Assembly: GCF_028368995.1 (NCBI RefSeq)
Contig: NZ_JAQNDL010000003.1
Span: forward strand, 800,001 to 864,000
Direction: 5' to 3'
DNA: 64,000 bases
Source: Nannocystis bainbridge
GTDB taxonomy: Bacteria > Myxococcota_A > Polyangia > Nannocystales > Nannocystaceae
Part shown: positions 48,832 through 59,069 of the stretch, piece by piece
Numbering within the stretch: position 1 is the stretch's first letter
How the letters are laid out: each line of letters starts with the position of its first letter
Notes under the pieces: model-generated
The model's input: only the letters and a program-made list of their open reading frames with translations
Databases searched by the model: none
What the model was told of the DNA's origin: nothing
Made by a program: the position numbers and the translations under genes

Positions 48832-50091
48832 CTACTCGAAGAGCGACAGGGGCACGGCGTCGGCCATCGCCTGGTAGCCGGCGTCGTTGGGATGCAGGTG
48901 ATCGCCGCTATCGAACGCGGCGAGGATCCGGGTGGGGTGTTTTGGGTCGCGCACGGCCGCCTCGAAATCGATCATCCCATCGAACGCGTCGTTGTCGCGG
49001 ATCCACGTATTGACGGTCTGCCGAATCTCCTCCCCCTCGAGTGAATAGTACGGCGGAAATGCGGCCTCGAACGGCATGATCGTGCCGACCAAGGCCGTGA
49101 CCCCCTTCGCTCTCGCCTCATCGGCCAGCGACTCGAGTCCGTCGATCAGCTCGTCCGCCGTCACGCTCTCGGAGGGCCCGACGAACCCCGGCATGCCGAT
49201 GTCGTTGATCCCGATCAGGATGATGGCATGACTCACTCCCGGCGTGCCGAGGACTTCACGCTCGAAGCGCGACAGCCCGCTCGGTCCGAGCGAGTCCCGC
49301 AGCAGCCGGTTTCCGCCGAGCCCGTGGTTGACGACCGCGACCGATCGGGTCTGCTCGTCCTCCTGCAAGCGCGCGAAGAGGCGATCCGGATAGCTTCTGG
49401 GCGCGTCGACGGTCGAGGAGGTCCCATCCGTGATCGAGTCGCCGAAAGTGACGACCACCCTGTCGGTCTCCGCCGACTCGACCTCGACGCCAGCGAGCCA
49501 GAAGGTCGACGACAGCGGGCCCGAATCGCTCAGGCGCTCGCTCGCCGCCTGGTTGCCGCTTGCGACCGCGTGCGTCCTCGACGAGAACGGGTGCCACGTC
49601 GCGAGTTCAGTCGGCTGCGAGACGTACACGCTGACGATCAGGCGGTCGCCCGGGCGGACCTCGAGGTCCACGTCGTCGCTCGTCACCTCGGCGGCCGCCG
49701 CGATCGTCACGCCCTGCCCGCCGCCGAATTGGACCGGCCGATCGCTCCCGGGCGCCGTGACGAGCGCCTCGAGCTCCTTCGCCACCCGGACCTCGGCGAG
49801 CTCGAGCGGCCGGCTCCCGAAGCGATTGGATAGCCGGAGCCGGACCCGATCGCCCGAGGCGGTGACGGTGACCGTCTGACGCAGCGTCTCGTCGCTGAAG
49901 CTGCGCGACTTCAGCTCGACGATCTCCGTGCCCGGCTCCATCATGCTCGTCGCCCAGCCGGCGACCCAGCGCGCGTCCGGCCCGGCGTCCGCGCCGCAGC
50001 CGGCAACGGCGAGGGCCAAAACGAACCCACCCCTCTTCGCCAGGCGGGTGAAATCAGGTCGCACGGTCCCATTCTTCATGAAATTCAGCAT
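48832..50091 (-). CDS. SGNH/GDSL hydrolase
   Basis: FGDSITDG, GLGGN, GIND, DHLHP. Confidence 0.9.
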   Translation of the reverse strand: MLNFMKNGTVRPDFTRLAKRGGFVLALAVAGCGADAGPDARWVAGWATSMMEPGTEIVELKSRSFSDETLRQTVTVTASGDRVRLRLSNRFGSRPLELAEVRVAKELEALVTAPGSDRPVQFGGGQGVTIAAAAEVTSDDVDLEVRPGDRLIVSVYVSQPTELATWHPFSSRTHAVASGNQAASERLSDSGPLSSTFWLAGVEVESAETDRVVVTFGDSITDGTSSTVDAPRSYPDRLFARLQEDEQTRSVAVVNHGLGGNRLLRDSLGPSGLSRFEREVLGTPGVSHAIILIGINDIGMPGFVGPSESVTADELIDGLESLADEARAKGVTALVGTIMPFEAAFPPYYSLEGEEIRQTVNTWIRDNDAFDGMIDFEAAVRDPKHPTRILAAFDSGDHLHPNDAGYQAMADAVPLSLFE

Positions 50092-50192
50092 TGTTTGTGC
50101 CCTCGGTGGGCGCGGCGCCCCGGCCCCACCTGCTCGTCGAACGAGGGCCCGCCGGATCGACACGGCGAGCCGCAGGCGGGTCGTTTTTTTTA

Positions 50193-51530
50193 GGCTCTTC
50201 AGGGTTGAGGGTGGCGTGGGTTGCGCGCGAAATCGCGCCGTGATACCGTGCGCGAATGGCAGAGACCGAACTCTATGCCCGCATTCTCGGTATCGAGGCT
50301 CCCTGGCGTGTTGCTGCGGTGAAGCTGCAGCTCGGGCAGGGGCAGATCGTCATCGAGGTCGAGCACGACTCCGATGTGCCGACGAGGTGCCCGGAGTGTG
50401 ACCAGGCTGTTCCCCGTCACGATACACGGACTCGTCGATGGCGGCACCTCGATACGTGTCAGTATCGGACGATCATCGAAGCCGGCGTACCGCGGACGTC
50501 GTGCCCGAAGCACGGTACGCTGACGATGCGCGTCTCTTGGGCGGACGGTAGCGCCCGGCTCACCGCGCTGTTCGAGGCGCTGGTGATCGACTGGCTCCGC
50601 GAGGCGTCGATCGCAGTGGTCGCGGAGCGCCTCGGCCTCTCGTGGGATCAGGTCGCCGGCGTCCAGGAGCGTGCAGTACAACGTGGACTCGAGCGCCGCG
50701 AGGTCGCGCTGCCGTCGATGCTCGCCGTCGACGAGACCTCCTTCCAGCGGCGCCACGAGTACGTCACGATCGTGCATGACCCGAAGTCCGCCAGCAAGCG
50801 GGTCATCCACGTCGCCGACGGACGCGGCAAAGGGGCCCTCAAGGGCTTCCTGAGCGGCTTTTCGCGCCCAGAGAGGGCTGCGGTCTCGGTGGTCGTCATG
50901 GACATGCACGAGCCCTACATTCAAGCTGTCCGCGAGGCCATCCCCGATGGCGACGCGAAGATCGCCTTCGACAAGTACCACGTCGCCGCGCGCCTCGGTC
51001 AAGCCGTCGACCACGTGCGACGCGAGGAACACCGCGCTCTCCACGGCCTCGGCGACGACCGGCTCAAGGGCACCAAGTACCTCTGGCTGCGCAACCCCGA
51101 ACGGATGAGCAAGGAGGTCTGGGACGACTTCGAGGCGCTGCGGACGAGCTCGCTGCGGACGGCCCGCGCGTGGGCGCTCAAGGAGGCGGCGATGGAGGTC
51201 TGGGAGCACACCTCGCCGAGCAACATGCGGGATCAATGGGCCATGTGGTACGATTGGGCCATCCGCTCTCGCCTGGAGCCGATGAAGGCCGCCGCGCGCA
51301 TGGTCAAGAATCACCTCGGCGGCATCATCCATGCAGCCACCGAACGGATCACCAACGCCTCTGCCGAGGGCCTCAACTCGGTCATCCAGAAGCTCAAGTA
51401 CGTCGCCCGCGGCTTCCGTAACCGCGAGCGCTTCCGAGATGCGATCTACTTCCACCTCGGCGGCCTCGACCTCTATCCTGCCGGGATCACGCGCTGAATC
51501 AGCGGTATCCACCACAAACCCTGAAGAGCC
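50193..51530 (+). mobile_element. Complete ISL3-family insertion sequence
   Basis: Terminal IRs GGCTCTTCAGGGTT / AACCCTGAAGAGCC; 8-bp target duplication TTTTTTTA at 50185-50192 and 51531-51538. Confidence 0.95.
50256..51497 (+). CDS. ISL3 transposase
   Basis: CPEC..RRWRHLD zinc finger, AVDE, MDM, FDKYH, TNASAEGLN. Confidence 0.95.
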   Translation: MAETELYARILGIEAPWRVAAVKLQLGQGQIVIEVEHDSDVPTRCPECDQAVPRHDTRTRRWRHLDTCQYRTIIEAGVPRTSCPKHGTLTMRVSWADGSARLTALFEALVIDWLREASIAVVAERLGLSWDQVAGVQERAVQRGLERREVALPSMLAVDETSFQRRHEYVTIVHDPKSASKRVIHVADGRGKGALKGFLSGFSRPERAAVSVVVMDMHEPYIQAVREAIPDGDAKIAFDKYHVAARLGQAVDHVRREEHRALHGLGDDRLKGTKYLWLRNPERMSKEVWDDFEALRTSSLRTARAWALKEAAMEVWEHTSPSNMRDQWAMWYDWAIRSRLEPMKAAARMVKNHLGGIIHAATERITNASAEGLNSVIQKLKYVARGFRNRERFRDAIYFHLGGLDLYPAGITR

Positions 51531-51724
51531 TTTTTTTAAGGAGGGCGAGCGCGCCGGCGAATGGACACCCGCGCGGGCAGACTCATCGGTCAGATGATTT
51601 TCGCGCCCCCGCGAAAATCATGCGCCCGTGGCGCGGCTTCGGCGGCCTCGGAGTCGTCGACGAAAGCGCACTTCGCCGAGCTCGAATCGCATTGCGTCGT
51701 GCTGGTGAATGACCCGCGCGACGC

Positions 51725-52600
51725 TCATGCGTGGCGCGAGACCAGGACGTCACCGACACTCAATCGCAGCACGTGGCGGGCGACACTCCCGAGGAAGGGC
51801 TGGGCCAGGGGAGAGGTATGGTGCCCGACGGCGGTCAGATCCGGATCGAGCTGGGGGGCGGCGCGCTCGATCGTTTGCCGGGGCTCGCCGATCCTCAGGG
51901 CCACCTTCAAGCGGTCGGCGTCGACCTCGGCGTCGCGCAGGAACTCTTCGAGCGCCTCGAGGGCCCGACTTCGCGCGAAGGCCCTGTGTTCTCGGGCCTG
52001 CACGCGCAGCCCGGCGTTGCGGAGCAAGCTGGCGAACGGCGGCTCGTAAGCGTGCAGCACCCGCGCCGTGGCCTGCGGCGCGAGCCGCAGCGCGGACCGC
52101 AACGCCTGGGCGGCGGCGGGGCCCAGGTCGACGCAGGCGAGGAGCGTCCGGTAGGGCGCGCGCGCTGGCTTGCGGACGACCAGCACGTCCCCCGCGAGCT
52201 CCTGCTCGATCAGCCGCTCTGCCGTCGTGCCGAGCATCTGGTCGCGGAAGCGGAGGACGCCGCGCGCCCCGACCACCACGAGATTGGCCTTCAACCGGCG
52301 CGCCGTCGCGGCCAGCGCCGTCACGGGGGTGCCCGTCACGACGTGACCACGCACGTCGGCGCCGTGCCTGCGTGCGCTCGCCACCACGTCCTCGAGCCGC
52401 TCACGCGCGACCTCGGTCCCCGCCGCGACCTCGGGTTCGCGGCGCAGCCACGCCAGCAGCGAGCGGCGGCGCGGGCGGGCGACGTGTACGACCTCCAGCG
52501 TGGCGCCGGCCTCCGCCGCGAGGCGTGCGGCGCGAGCGACGGCGTTGTGAGCGGCGCTGGAGAAGTCGGTGGCGACGAGGATACGTTGCAGCATGGTCAT
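51725..52600 (-). CDS. Universal stress protein (tandem USP domains)
   Basis: RILVATDFS, LVVVGARG, LGTTAER, FLGSVARHVL. Confidence 0.9.
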   Translation of the reverse strand: MTMLQRILVATDFSSAAHNAVARAARLAAEAGATLEVVHVARPRRRSLLAWLRREPEVAAGTEVARERLEDVVASARRHGADVRGHVVTGTPVTALAATARRLKANLVVVGARGVLRFRDQMLGTTAERLIEQELAGDVLVVRKPARAPYRTLLACVDLGPAAAQALRSALRLAPQATARVLHAYEPPFASLLRNAGLRVQAREHRAFARSRALEALEEFLRDAEVDADRLKVALRIGEPRQTIERAAPQLDPDLTAVGHHTSPLAQPFLGSVARHVLRLSVGDVLVSRHA

Positions 52601-53039
52601 GCTCCTTCGGGTAGAGAGAAAAGCTCGATGGCGGGCACCCATCCAATCACACAAAGGATAGCAGACCCTGCGGCTTCGGGTACTCACCACCGCCAAACAG
52701 GTCCGCGCTGCCACGATCGCCGAGAGCGACGCCATTCCGCAGTATTTCGCTCGACGCCCCCCGCTCGGCTCCGGCGCTTGAACATGGCCGCCCCGCCACG
52801 TCGACGGTGGCTCCCGCCGCCGGCTGCGGTGCGCGGGAGAGGGCATGGCGTTGCCGTTACAAACGCTTCGCGGATGTCTGTCGCGCCTGAAAGCGTGACG
52901 AAGCGCTCGAGATCCTTCGTCGCTGTCAGAATCTCACGAGACCTGGACGATGCTCACAGTCCAACCTTTCAGAGTTGAGGGTATTCGAGTTTGCCAGGCG
53001 GACGCCTGTTACCAATGTCGGAGATCGATCGGCCTCGCG

Positions 53040-53440
53040 GAGCATCGGTGGATCCCCCTGGGACACGCGAGCAAGGGCTCGAGTCTTGCGGCCGCATTCG
53101 CAGCGCAGGCTTCGAACACGCCCTGCAGATCGAGACGCCCGCGAGCGGGCGCACGTCACCTCCACAGCCGTCGCCGCCGTCACGCGACCAGGTACTCGAC
53201 GCGCTCGCGGGCTCTCGGCGCACGGCATCCGGTCGAACGCATCGAAGCCAGCCTCGACGTCGCCGCCGCCGACGTCATGCACCGTCCAGCCAGGTCACGC
53301 AATCGTTCGGAATCCACGAACCATCCGACTCCGGGCAGGTGTCTGGGATGCCCGCACCGTCGCGGCGGTCACGGTCACGATGTCGATCGTGAAGTCCAGC
53401 CGAGCACCACCACCCTGATCCGCAGCAGCAAGAATCACGA
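53040..53440 (-). pseudogene. Highly degraded nrfA-like remnant
   Basis: GGGDVEAGFDAFDRMP versus NrfA GGGDVRAGFDALNRMP. Confidence 0.4.
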
Positions 53441-53635
53441 CTCCGTATCGCCGACGCGATATCTCGTTCGAGCCGCGCATTCTCCGGAACAAAGCTTCCC
53501 CGACGTCACCGATGACGCCAGCGATCGTTTGCCATCCCGGGCCCAGCGCGACCGCCGAGTGCGCGACTCGCTGCCGGTCACCAAGTGCCCGCCGCGGGCT
53601 TGCATCCCTGCCGGGGAACCAGCACCCTTGCGCGG

Positions 53636-54136
53636 GTGACCCCCGCGGACGAACAGAGCACGAGGAGGCGCACGTGGGGCGCGACGCTGCTGTTCGCGGT
53701 CGCGGCTGTGTTCGGTGCTGCCACCGGCTCGGCTGTCGGCATTGGCAGCTACGTATTCGTGTACGCCGAAGGCGCGTCCTACCTGACCGATGACCCGGGC
53801 GCGTGTGCCAACTGCCACGTCATGCGCGCGCACCTCGACGCCTGGTCGCGCTCGAGTCACCACGCCGTCGCGGTCTGTAACGATTGCCACGCCCCGCGCG
53901 GGCTGGTCGGGAAGTACGCCGTCAAGGCGATCAACGGCTGGAATCACTCGGTCGCGTTCGTCAGCGGCGAATTCGCCGAGCCGTTCCACGTCACCCCGAT
54001 GAACCGCCGGGTCACCGAGGACGCGTGCCGGGCGTGCCACGGCGAGATCGTGGCGGCGATCGATCACCCCGGCGGCGACGCGGAGAGGCTCTCGTGTGTT
54101 CGTTGCCACCCCCGCGTCGGCCACGACGTGCAGTAA
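53636..54136 (+). CDS. nrfH: Cytochrome c nitrite reductase small subunit
   Basis: TM + SYLTDDP.ACANCHVM; four CxxCH motifs. Confidence 0.9.
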   Translation: MTPADEQSTRRRTWGATLLFAVAAVFGAATGSAVGIGSYVFVYAEGASYLTDDPGACANCHVMRAHLDAWSRSSHHAVAVCNDCHAPRGLVGKYAVKAINGWNHSVAFVSGEFAEPFHVTPMNRRVTEDACRACHGEIVAAIDHPGGDAERLSCVRCHPRVGHDVQ

Positions 54137-54148
54137 GCACAGCAGCCC

Positions 54149-55558
54149 ATGAACGCCGAAACGAACCCCGAAAAACCCTCCGCGCAGCGGCCGCGACGCC
54201 GGCTGCTCATAGCGCTCGGCATCGGCGCCCTGGTCGCCGCGGTCGCCGCGGCCCTCGCGGTCGCCCTGCTGATCCGCGTCTTCGAGCACAAACAGGAGGC
54301 CAAGCACCCGTTCTTCCGCGTGGTCGAGCTCGACGAATCGAGCACCGACCCGGCCGTGTGGGCGCAGAATTTTCCCCACCATTACGATTCCTATGCCCGC
54401 ACCGTCGATCAGGTGCGCACGCGTCACGGCGGCAGCGAGGCGGTCCTCCGCACCCCGTCCGACGCCGACCCGCGCTCCGTCGTCACGCAGTCGAAGCTGG
54501 CCGAGGACCCGCGCCTGGTGACGCTGTGGCGCGGCTACGCGTTCGCTCTGGATTTTCGCGAGGAGCGCGGTCACGCCTACATGCTCGATGATCAGACCTT
54601 CACCGGCCGCCACGCGGTCGAGCAGCCGGGCGCGTGCCTGAACTGTCACGCGTCGGTCGTCGCCACCTACCTCGAGCTCGGCGGCGGCGATGTGCGCGCC
54701 GGCTTCGACGCGCTCAACCGGATGCCCTACGCCCAGGCGCGCGAGCGTGTCTCTCACCCCGTCGCGTGCATCGATTGCCACGACCCGGCGACGATGCGCC
54801 TGCGGATCACCCGGCCTGCCTTCGCTACCGGTATCGCGGCACTGAAGGCCACGCAGGGCGTCGAGGACTACGACGTCCACGCGCAGGCGACCCGCCAGGA
54901 GATGCGCAGCTACGTGTGCGCGCAGTGCCACGTCGAGTATTACTTCGCCGGGCCCGACAAGACACTGACTTATCCGTGGCGCCAGGGCGCGCGCGCGGAC
55001 GAGATCCTCGCCTACTACGACGAGATCGGCCACAAGGACTGGACGCACGCCACCACCGGCGCCGCCGCCCTGAAGGCCCAGCACCCCGAATTCGAGATGT
55101 GGCTTCAGGGCACCCACGCCCGCGCTGGCGTCGCCTGTGCCGACTGTCACATGCCGTACCAGCGCGTCGGCGCCGCGAAGGTCAGCAGCCATCACGTCCG
55201 CAGCCCGATGCTCGACATCAACGCCGCCTGTCAGACCTGCCACAAGGCGACCGAGGAGCAGCTGCGCGAGCGCGTCGAGACGATTCAGGGCCGTCACCTC
55301 GAGCTGCGCAATCTGGCGATGGACGCGGTCGTGCAGCTGATCGAGGCGATCGCGGCGGCGCAGGCGACACCGTCGCCCGACGAGCAGCGCCTCGCCGCGG
55401 CGCGCGAGTACCAGCGCAAGGCGCAATTTCTGCTCGACTTCGCGGAGGCCGAAAACTCGACCGGCTTCCACGCTCCGCAAGAAGCGGCCCGCGTGCTGGC
55501 GATGGCCATCGACCTGGCGCGACGCGGCCTCGTCGCCCTGTGGGCGCCCCCCGACTGA
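54149..55558 (+). CDS. nrfA: Ammonia-forming cytochrome c nitrite reductase
   Basis: Five CxxCH motifs, EERGHAY, CAQCHVEYYF, KAQHPEFE, AENSTGFHAP. Confidence 0.93.
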   Translation: MNAETNPEKPSAQRPRRRLLIALGIGALVAAVAAALAVALLIRVFEHKQEAKHPFFRVVELDESSTDPAVWAQNFPHHYDSYARTVDQVRTRHGGSEAVLRTPSDADPRSVVTQSKLAEDPRLVTLWRGYAFALDFREERGHAYMLDDQTFTGRHAVEQPGACLNCHASVVATYLELGGGDVRAGFDALNRMPYAQARERVSHPVACIDCHDPATMRLRITRPAFATGIAALKATQGVEDYDVHAQATRQEMRSYVCAQCHVEYYFAGPDKTLTYPWRQGARADEILAYYDEIGHKDWTHATTGAAALKAQHPEFEMWLQGTHARAGVACADCHMPYQRVGAAKVSSHHVRSPMLDINAACQTCHKATEEQLRERVETIQGRHLELRNLAMDAVVQLIEAIAAAQATPSPDEQRLAAAREYQRKAQFLLDFAEAENSTGFHAPQEAARVLAMAIDLARRGLVALWAPPD

Positions 55559-55783
55559 GGCGAGCGCCCGCGAGTCCGAAGGCCGGCGGCTCGACTCGTC
55601 GTGAGCCCGCCCGAGCGATGATCGCTCTTGGCCGATGAACGGCCGCGGTCTACGCATTATCGCCATGACGATTCCTTTCAGCGGAGAGAGACGCGGTGGG
55701 GCCAAGTTTCCGGTGTCCGGAATTCTCGGGATGGAATCGCTGCGCCGCTTGACGAGCTCACGGTCGTGCAGGACCATCCCCTC

Positions 55784-56641
55784 ATGGTGCCGAAGAAGAT
55801 CTTGTTGGCCACGGACCTGAGCTGTCGCAGCGATCGGGCCCTCGATCGGGCGACGATCCTGGCGAACCATTGGAACGCCCAATTGGTGGTCGTCCACGCG
55901 CTGCAGGGCTCGATCGAAGGCGAGGACCTCCCGTCCTGGCGCCGCAAGGCCGACCCGCGGCGAGCCGCCTGGCAGCGGGTGCAGCAGGACCTGCGTGACG
56001 CGAATCAGCTCGATGTGCAGATCGTGGTCGAGGACGCGGAGCCGTCCGCCCTGGTGCTCTCCACCGCCGAGCGCCTGGGCTGCGAGCTCATCATCACCGG
56101 CGTCGCCCGCGACGAGACGCTCGGCCGCATCATCCTCGGCACGACCGTCGAGCGCCTCCTCCACAAGTCGGCTGTGCCGCTGCTGGTGGTCAAGCGACGG
56201 CCGCGCGCGCTGTACCGCGAGGTGATGGTCGCCAGCGATCTCTCCGAGGGGTCGCGGCGCGCGTTGGAGGTCGCGCTGGCCCTGCTGCCAGCGGCTCACG
56301 TCAACCTGTTCCACAGCTTCGACGTGCCGTTCCGCGGGCTGATGAGCAACCCCGCAGCGGTCCGCGAGGCCAAGCGGGACGACGCGCTCATGGAATGCCG
56401 GGCGTTCCTCGCGGCGACGCCGGGATTGGCCCAATCGGGCCGGTCTGTCGGCATGCAGTGCGAGAGCGGATCGGTCGAGTCGCTCCTGCTCGAGCTGCTC
56501 CAGACGCGAGACATCGACCTGGTGGCGATGGGCACGCAGGGCCGCGGCTACCTCTCCGGTCGGCTGCTCGGCAGCGTCGCATTGAACCTGCTCAACAGCC
56601 TCCCGGTCGACATGCTGGTGACGCGCAGCCCGCGAACCTGA
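55784..56641 (+). CDS. Universal stress protein
   Basis: KILLATDLSCRSDRALDRA, LGTTVE, LLGSVA. Confidence 0.9.
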   Translation: MVPKKILLATDLSCRSDRALDRATILANHWNAQLVVVHALQGSIEGEDLPSWRRKADPRRAAWQRVQQDLRDANQLDVQIVVEDAEPSALVLSTAERLGCELIITGVARDETLGRIILGTTVERLLHKSAVPLLVVKRRPRALYREVMVASDLSEGSRRALEVALALLPAAHVNLFHSFDVPFRGLMSNPAAVREAKRDDALMECRAFLAATPGLAQSGRSVGMQCESGSVESLLLELLQTRDIDLVAMGTQGRGYLSGRLLGSVALNLLNSLPVDMLVTRSPRT

Positions 56642-57101
56642 TGGCAGCAGGACGCCGCGCATGCGTCCTGCGGCTGACCCACGACTGCGGTTCCGCGCGG
56701 CCCTGCAGTCGCGGCCGATCGGCCGCGACCCCTTGCTGTTCGCCACTCCGCCCACGGGGTAAGTCGCCGGACCGGGCAAGACCAGCAGGACCGCGACATC
56801 GACGATCTGCGGCCGGCGGAGCCGGGCACCGAGGTGCGACGCGCAGTGAGCGACGGACACGAGCAGAGCGGTCGGCGCGGCGTCGTCGACGAGCGTCTGT
56901 GGCGGTCCGCGAGCGCGAGGCGGATGTCGACTGCGACGCCACATATCGTGGCGGAGTGGCCTGACAGACCACTGCCCTTCGGCGAACGCGGTCAAGGGTC
57001 CGCGTATTGCCGAGCGGTGTCGTTGGTACGCGTTCTGCAATCCAGGTGGCGTCGCGGTTGACGCCGCGGCGTTCATCTCACCCTGGAAAGACAGATCGCT
57101 C

Positions 57102-57740
57102 ATGTTCAACACCAATGTTCGTAGTTTCGTCGCGCTGACCACCCTGCTCGCCGGACTGCTCGCCGTGCCCGGCTGCGACGCGGGAGATCCGGCCGCCGCG
57201 AGCCTCGTCGCTTACACCCCCAACCTTGAGGATGCCGAGGATGCGGTCGCCGGCATGTCGCTGAAGCTCGCCGGTTCGGCCGCGATCGAGCTCGCCGACG
57301 GCGAGGTCGTCGAGCTCGCGCTCAGCGACGAGCAGCGCGCCACCCTCGAGTGCGACGGCGACGCGCGCGTCTCCCAGCTCCTCATCGATCCGCTACAGCT
57401 CGGGGACCGCGTCTTCGTGGCACCGGTGCTCGAGGCGACCTGTGACGGCGAGAGCCCGACGGCGCACATCAACCTGCGCGAGGCCGGCGAGTCGTGCGAT
57501 GGCGAGGACTGCATCGCTTTCATCCCGGCGCTCGGCGGCGCCGGCGACCTGCCCTTGAGCGCGCCGCAGGGCCTGCCCGCGTCGGTTTGCCTGGCGCCGG
57601 GCAGCCACACCTGCATCGGCTGCGGCTTCGGTCGGGTGCGCACGAGGACCCTGACGTCGAGCACGTACGATCCGTCGACGGGCACCTGCTCCTACGGGTA
57701 CACGTACGGCACATGCGACCACGACATGTGCACGATGTGA
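57102..57740 (+). CDS. Lipoprotein with Cys-rich C-terminal peptide
   Basis: LLAVPGC lipobox; six Cys in the last ~50 aa. Confidence 0.7.
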   Translation: MFNTNVRSFVALTTLLAGLLAVPGCDAGDPAAASLVAYTPNLEDAEDAVAGMSLKLAGSAAIELADGEVVELALSDEQRATLECDGDARVSQLLIDPLQLGDRVFVAPVLEATCDGESPTAHINLREAGESCDGEDCIAFIPALGGAGDLPLSAPQGLPASVCLAPGSHTCIGCGFGRVRTRTLTSSTYDPSTGTCSYGYTYGTCDHDMCTM

Positions 57741-57949
57741 GCGCGGGGGTCGCGGGCCGGGGCTCGTGCTCGCGGCAGGCCTGTGGCGAGCTCCCGCTGC
57801 CCCGCGTGTGTACGAAGATCGCCGGGGCGTGGGCCGAAGTCGTCGGCCTTCGCCGCCATGACGACCCGAAGTTCGCCGCAGAGCTCGCGCCGCTCGGTCT
57901 CGCCGGCTCGCTGTACGGCCTCGTCACGCACGCCGACGAGAGGCCAGTG

Positions 57950-58832
57950 GTGGCAGGAAGAGACGGGTCAGAGCCCGGCCCCGCGAGGAACGCTGACGAC
58001 GGATGAGCGGGCCGAGCTCGTCCGGTTACGCAAGGAATTGAAGCGGGTGGAGATGGAGCGCGACGTTTTAAAAAAAGCGGCGGCCTTCTTCGCCAGGGAG
58101 ACGTGACCGTGTTCCAGGTGATCGCGGCGGAGGAGGCCAGTTTCCCGGTCAGCATGATGTGCGAGACCCTCGACGTCTCGCGGAGCGGCTACTATGCATG
58201 GAAGACACGTGAACCTTCGGTGAGATCGCGGGAGAACGCGGCCCTCGCCCAGGAAGTCCCGGAGATCCATGCCGCGAGCAGGCGGACCTACGGGAGCCCG
58301 CGAGTCCGCAGCGAACTACGAGGACGTGGCCGCAAGGTCAGCCGCAAGCGAGTAGCCCGGATTATGCGCGAGAAGGGAATCCAGGGCCGTCGGAGACCCA
58401 AATTCGCGAGGACGACCGACTCGAACCACAGACTCCCCGTGGCCGACAACGTCCTGGGGCGCAACTTCACCGCCAGCAAGCCCGACAAGGCGTGGGTCGC
58501 TGACATCACGTACGTGTGGACCCTCGAGGGCTGGCTCTACCTCGCGGTGATCATCGACCTGTTCTCGCGCCGCGTGGTCGGCTGGTCGATGGCCGACCAC
58601 ATGCGCACCGAACTGGTCCTCGGCGCGCTGAGGGCCGCGCTGGGGCACCTCCTCACCCGGGATGGTGCGAGGACGGCCATCTCGGAGTGGATCGAAGTAT
58701 TCTACAATCGCCAGCGTCGCCACTCGTCGATCGGGTACTCGACCCCGATCGCCTACGAGGAGAGCTTCTACGCCGAGCAGGCGCAGACTCAAGCGGCATA
58801 AACAAAGTGTCCACTTTTTCGGGGCAATCCCA
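57950..58832 (+). mobile_element. IS3-family remnant (orfA C-terminus, internally deleted orfB, right IR)
   Basis: ERDVLKKAAAFF with AAAAAAG; YGSPR, WVADITY, HSSIGY; HSDRG region absent; ends GTGTCCACTTTTTCGGGGCAATCCCA. Confidence 0.85.
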
Positions 58833-59069
58833 AAGGCAAGCTGTGGAGGACCGAGGACGATCCGCGCTCGCCGAGGCCCGAGCCCTGGTAGCGACGCTCG
58901 ACGACCTCATCAAACGCATCGGCGGCTCTTGGGACGCCGTCACCCTCACTCGGGCTCATTGAGACGAATTGCCGCCGGGCGGAGCGCGACGACGCGCACC
59001 GGGAGAGGAAGCTGGTCCGTCGCTCGCCCACGCCGCTCTGGCTCGCGTACACTCGCGCTGAGGTCGCCT

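Noticed and set aside
53435-57142. 1235-aa minus-strand ORF
   Set aside because: Antisense to nrfH, nrfA and the USP gene
58662-59069. N-terminal extension of the 1672-aa ORF
   Set aside because: Overlaps the IS3 remnant; the real start is likely GTG 59070, just before the HIT CPFC motif
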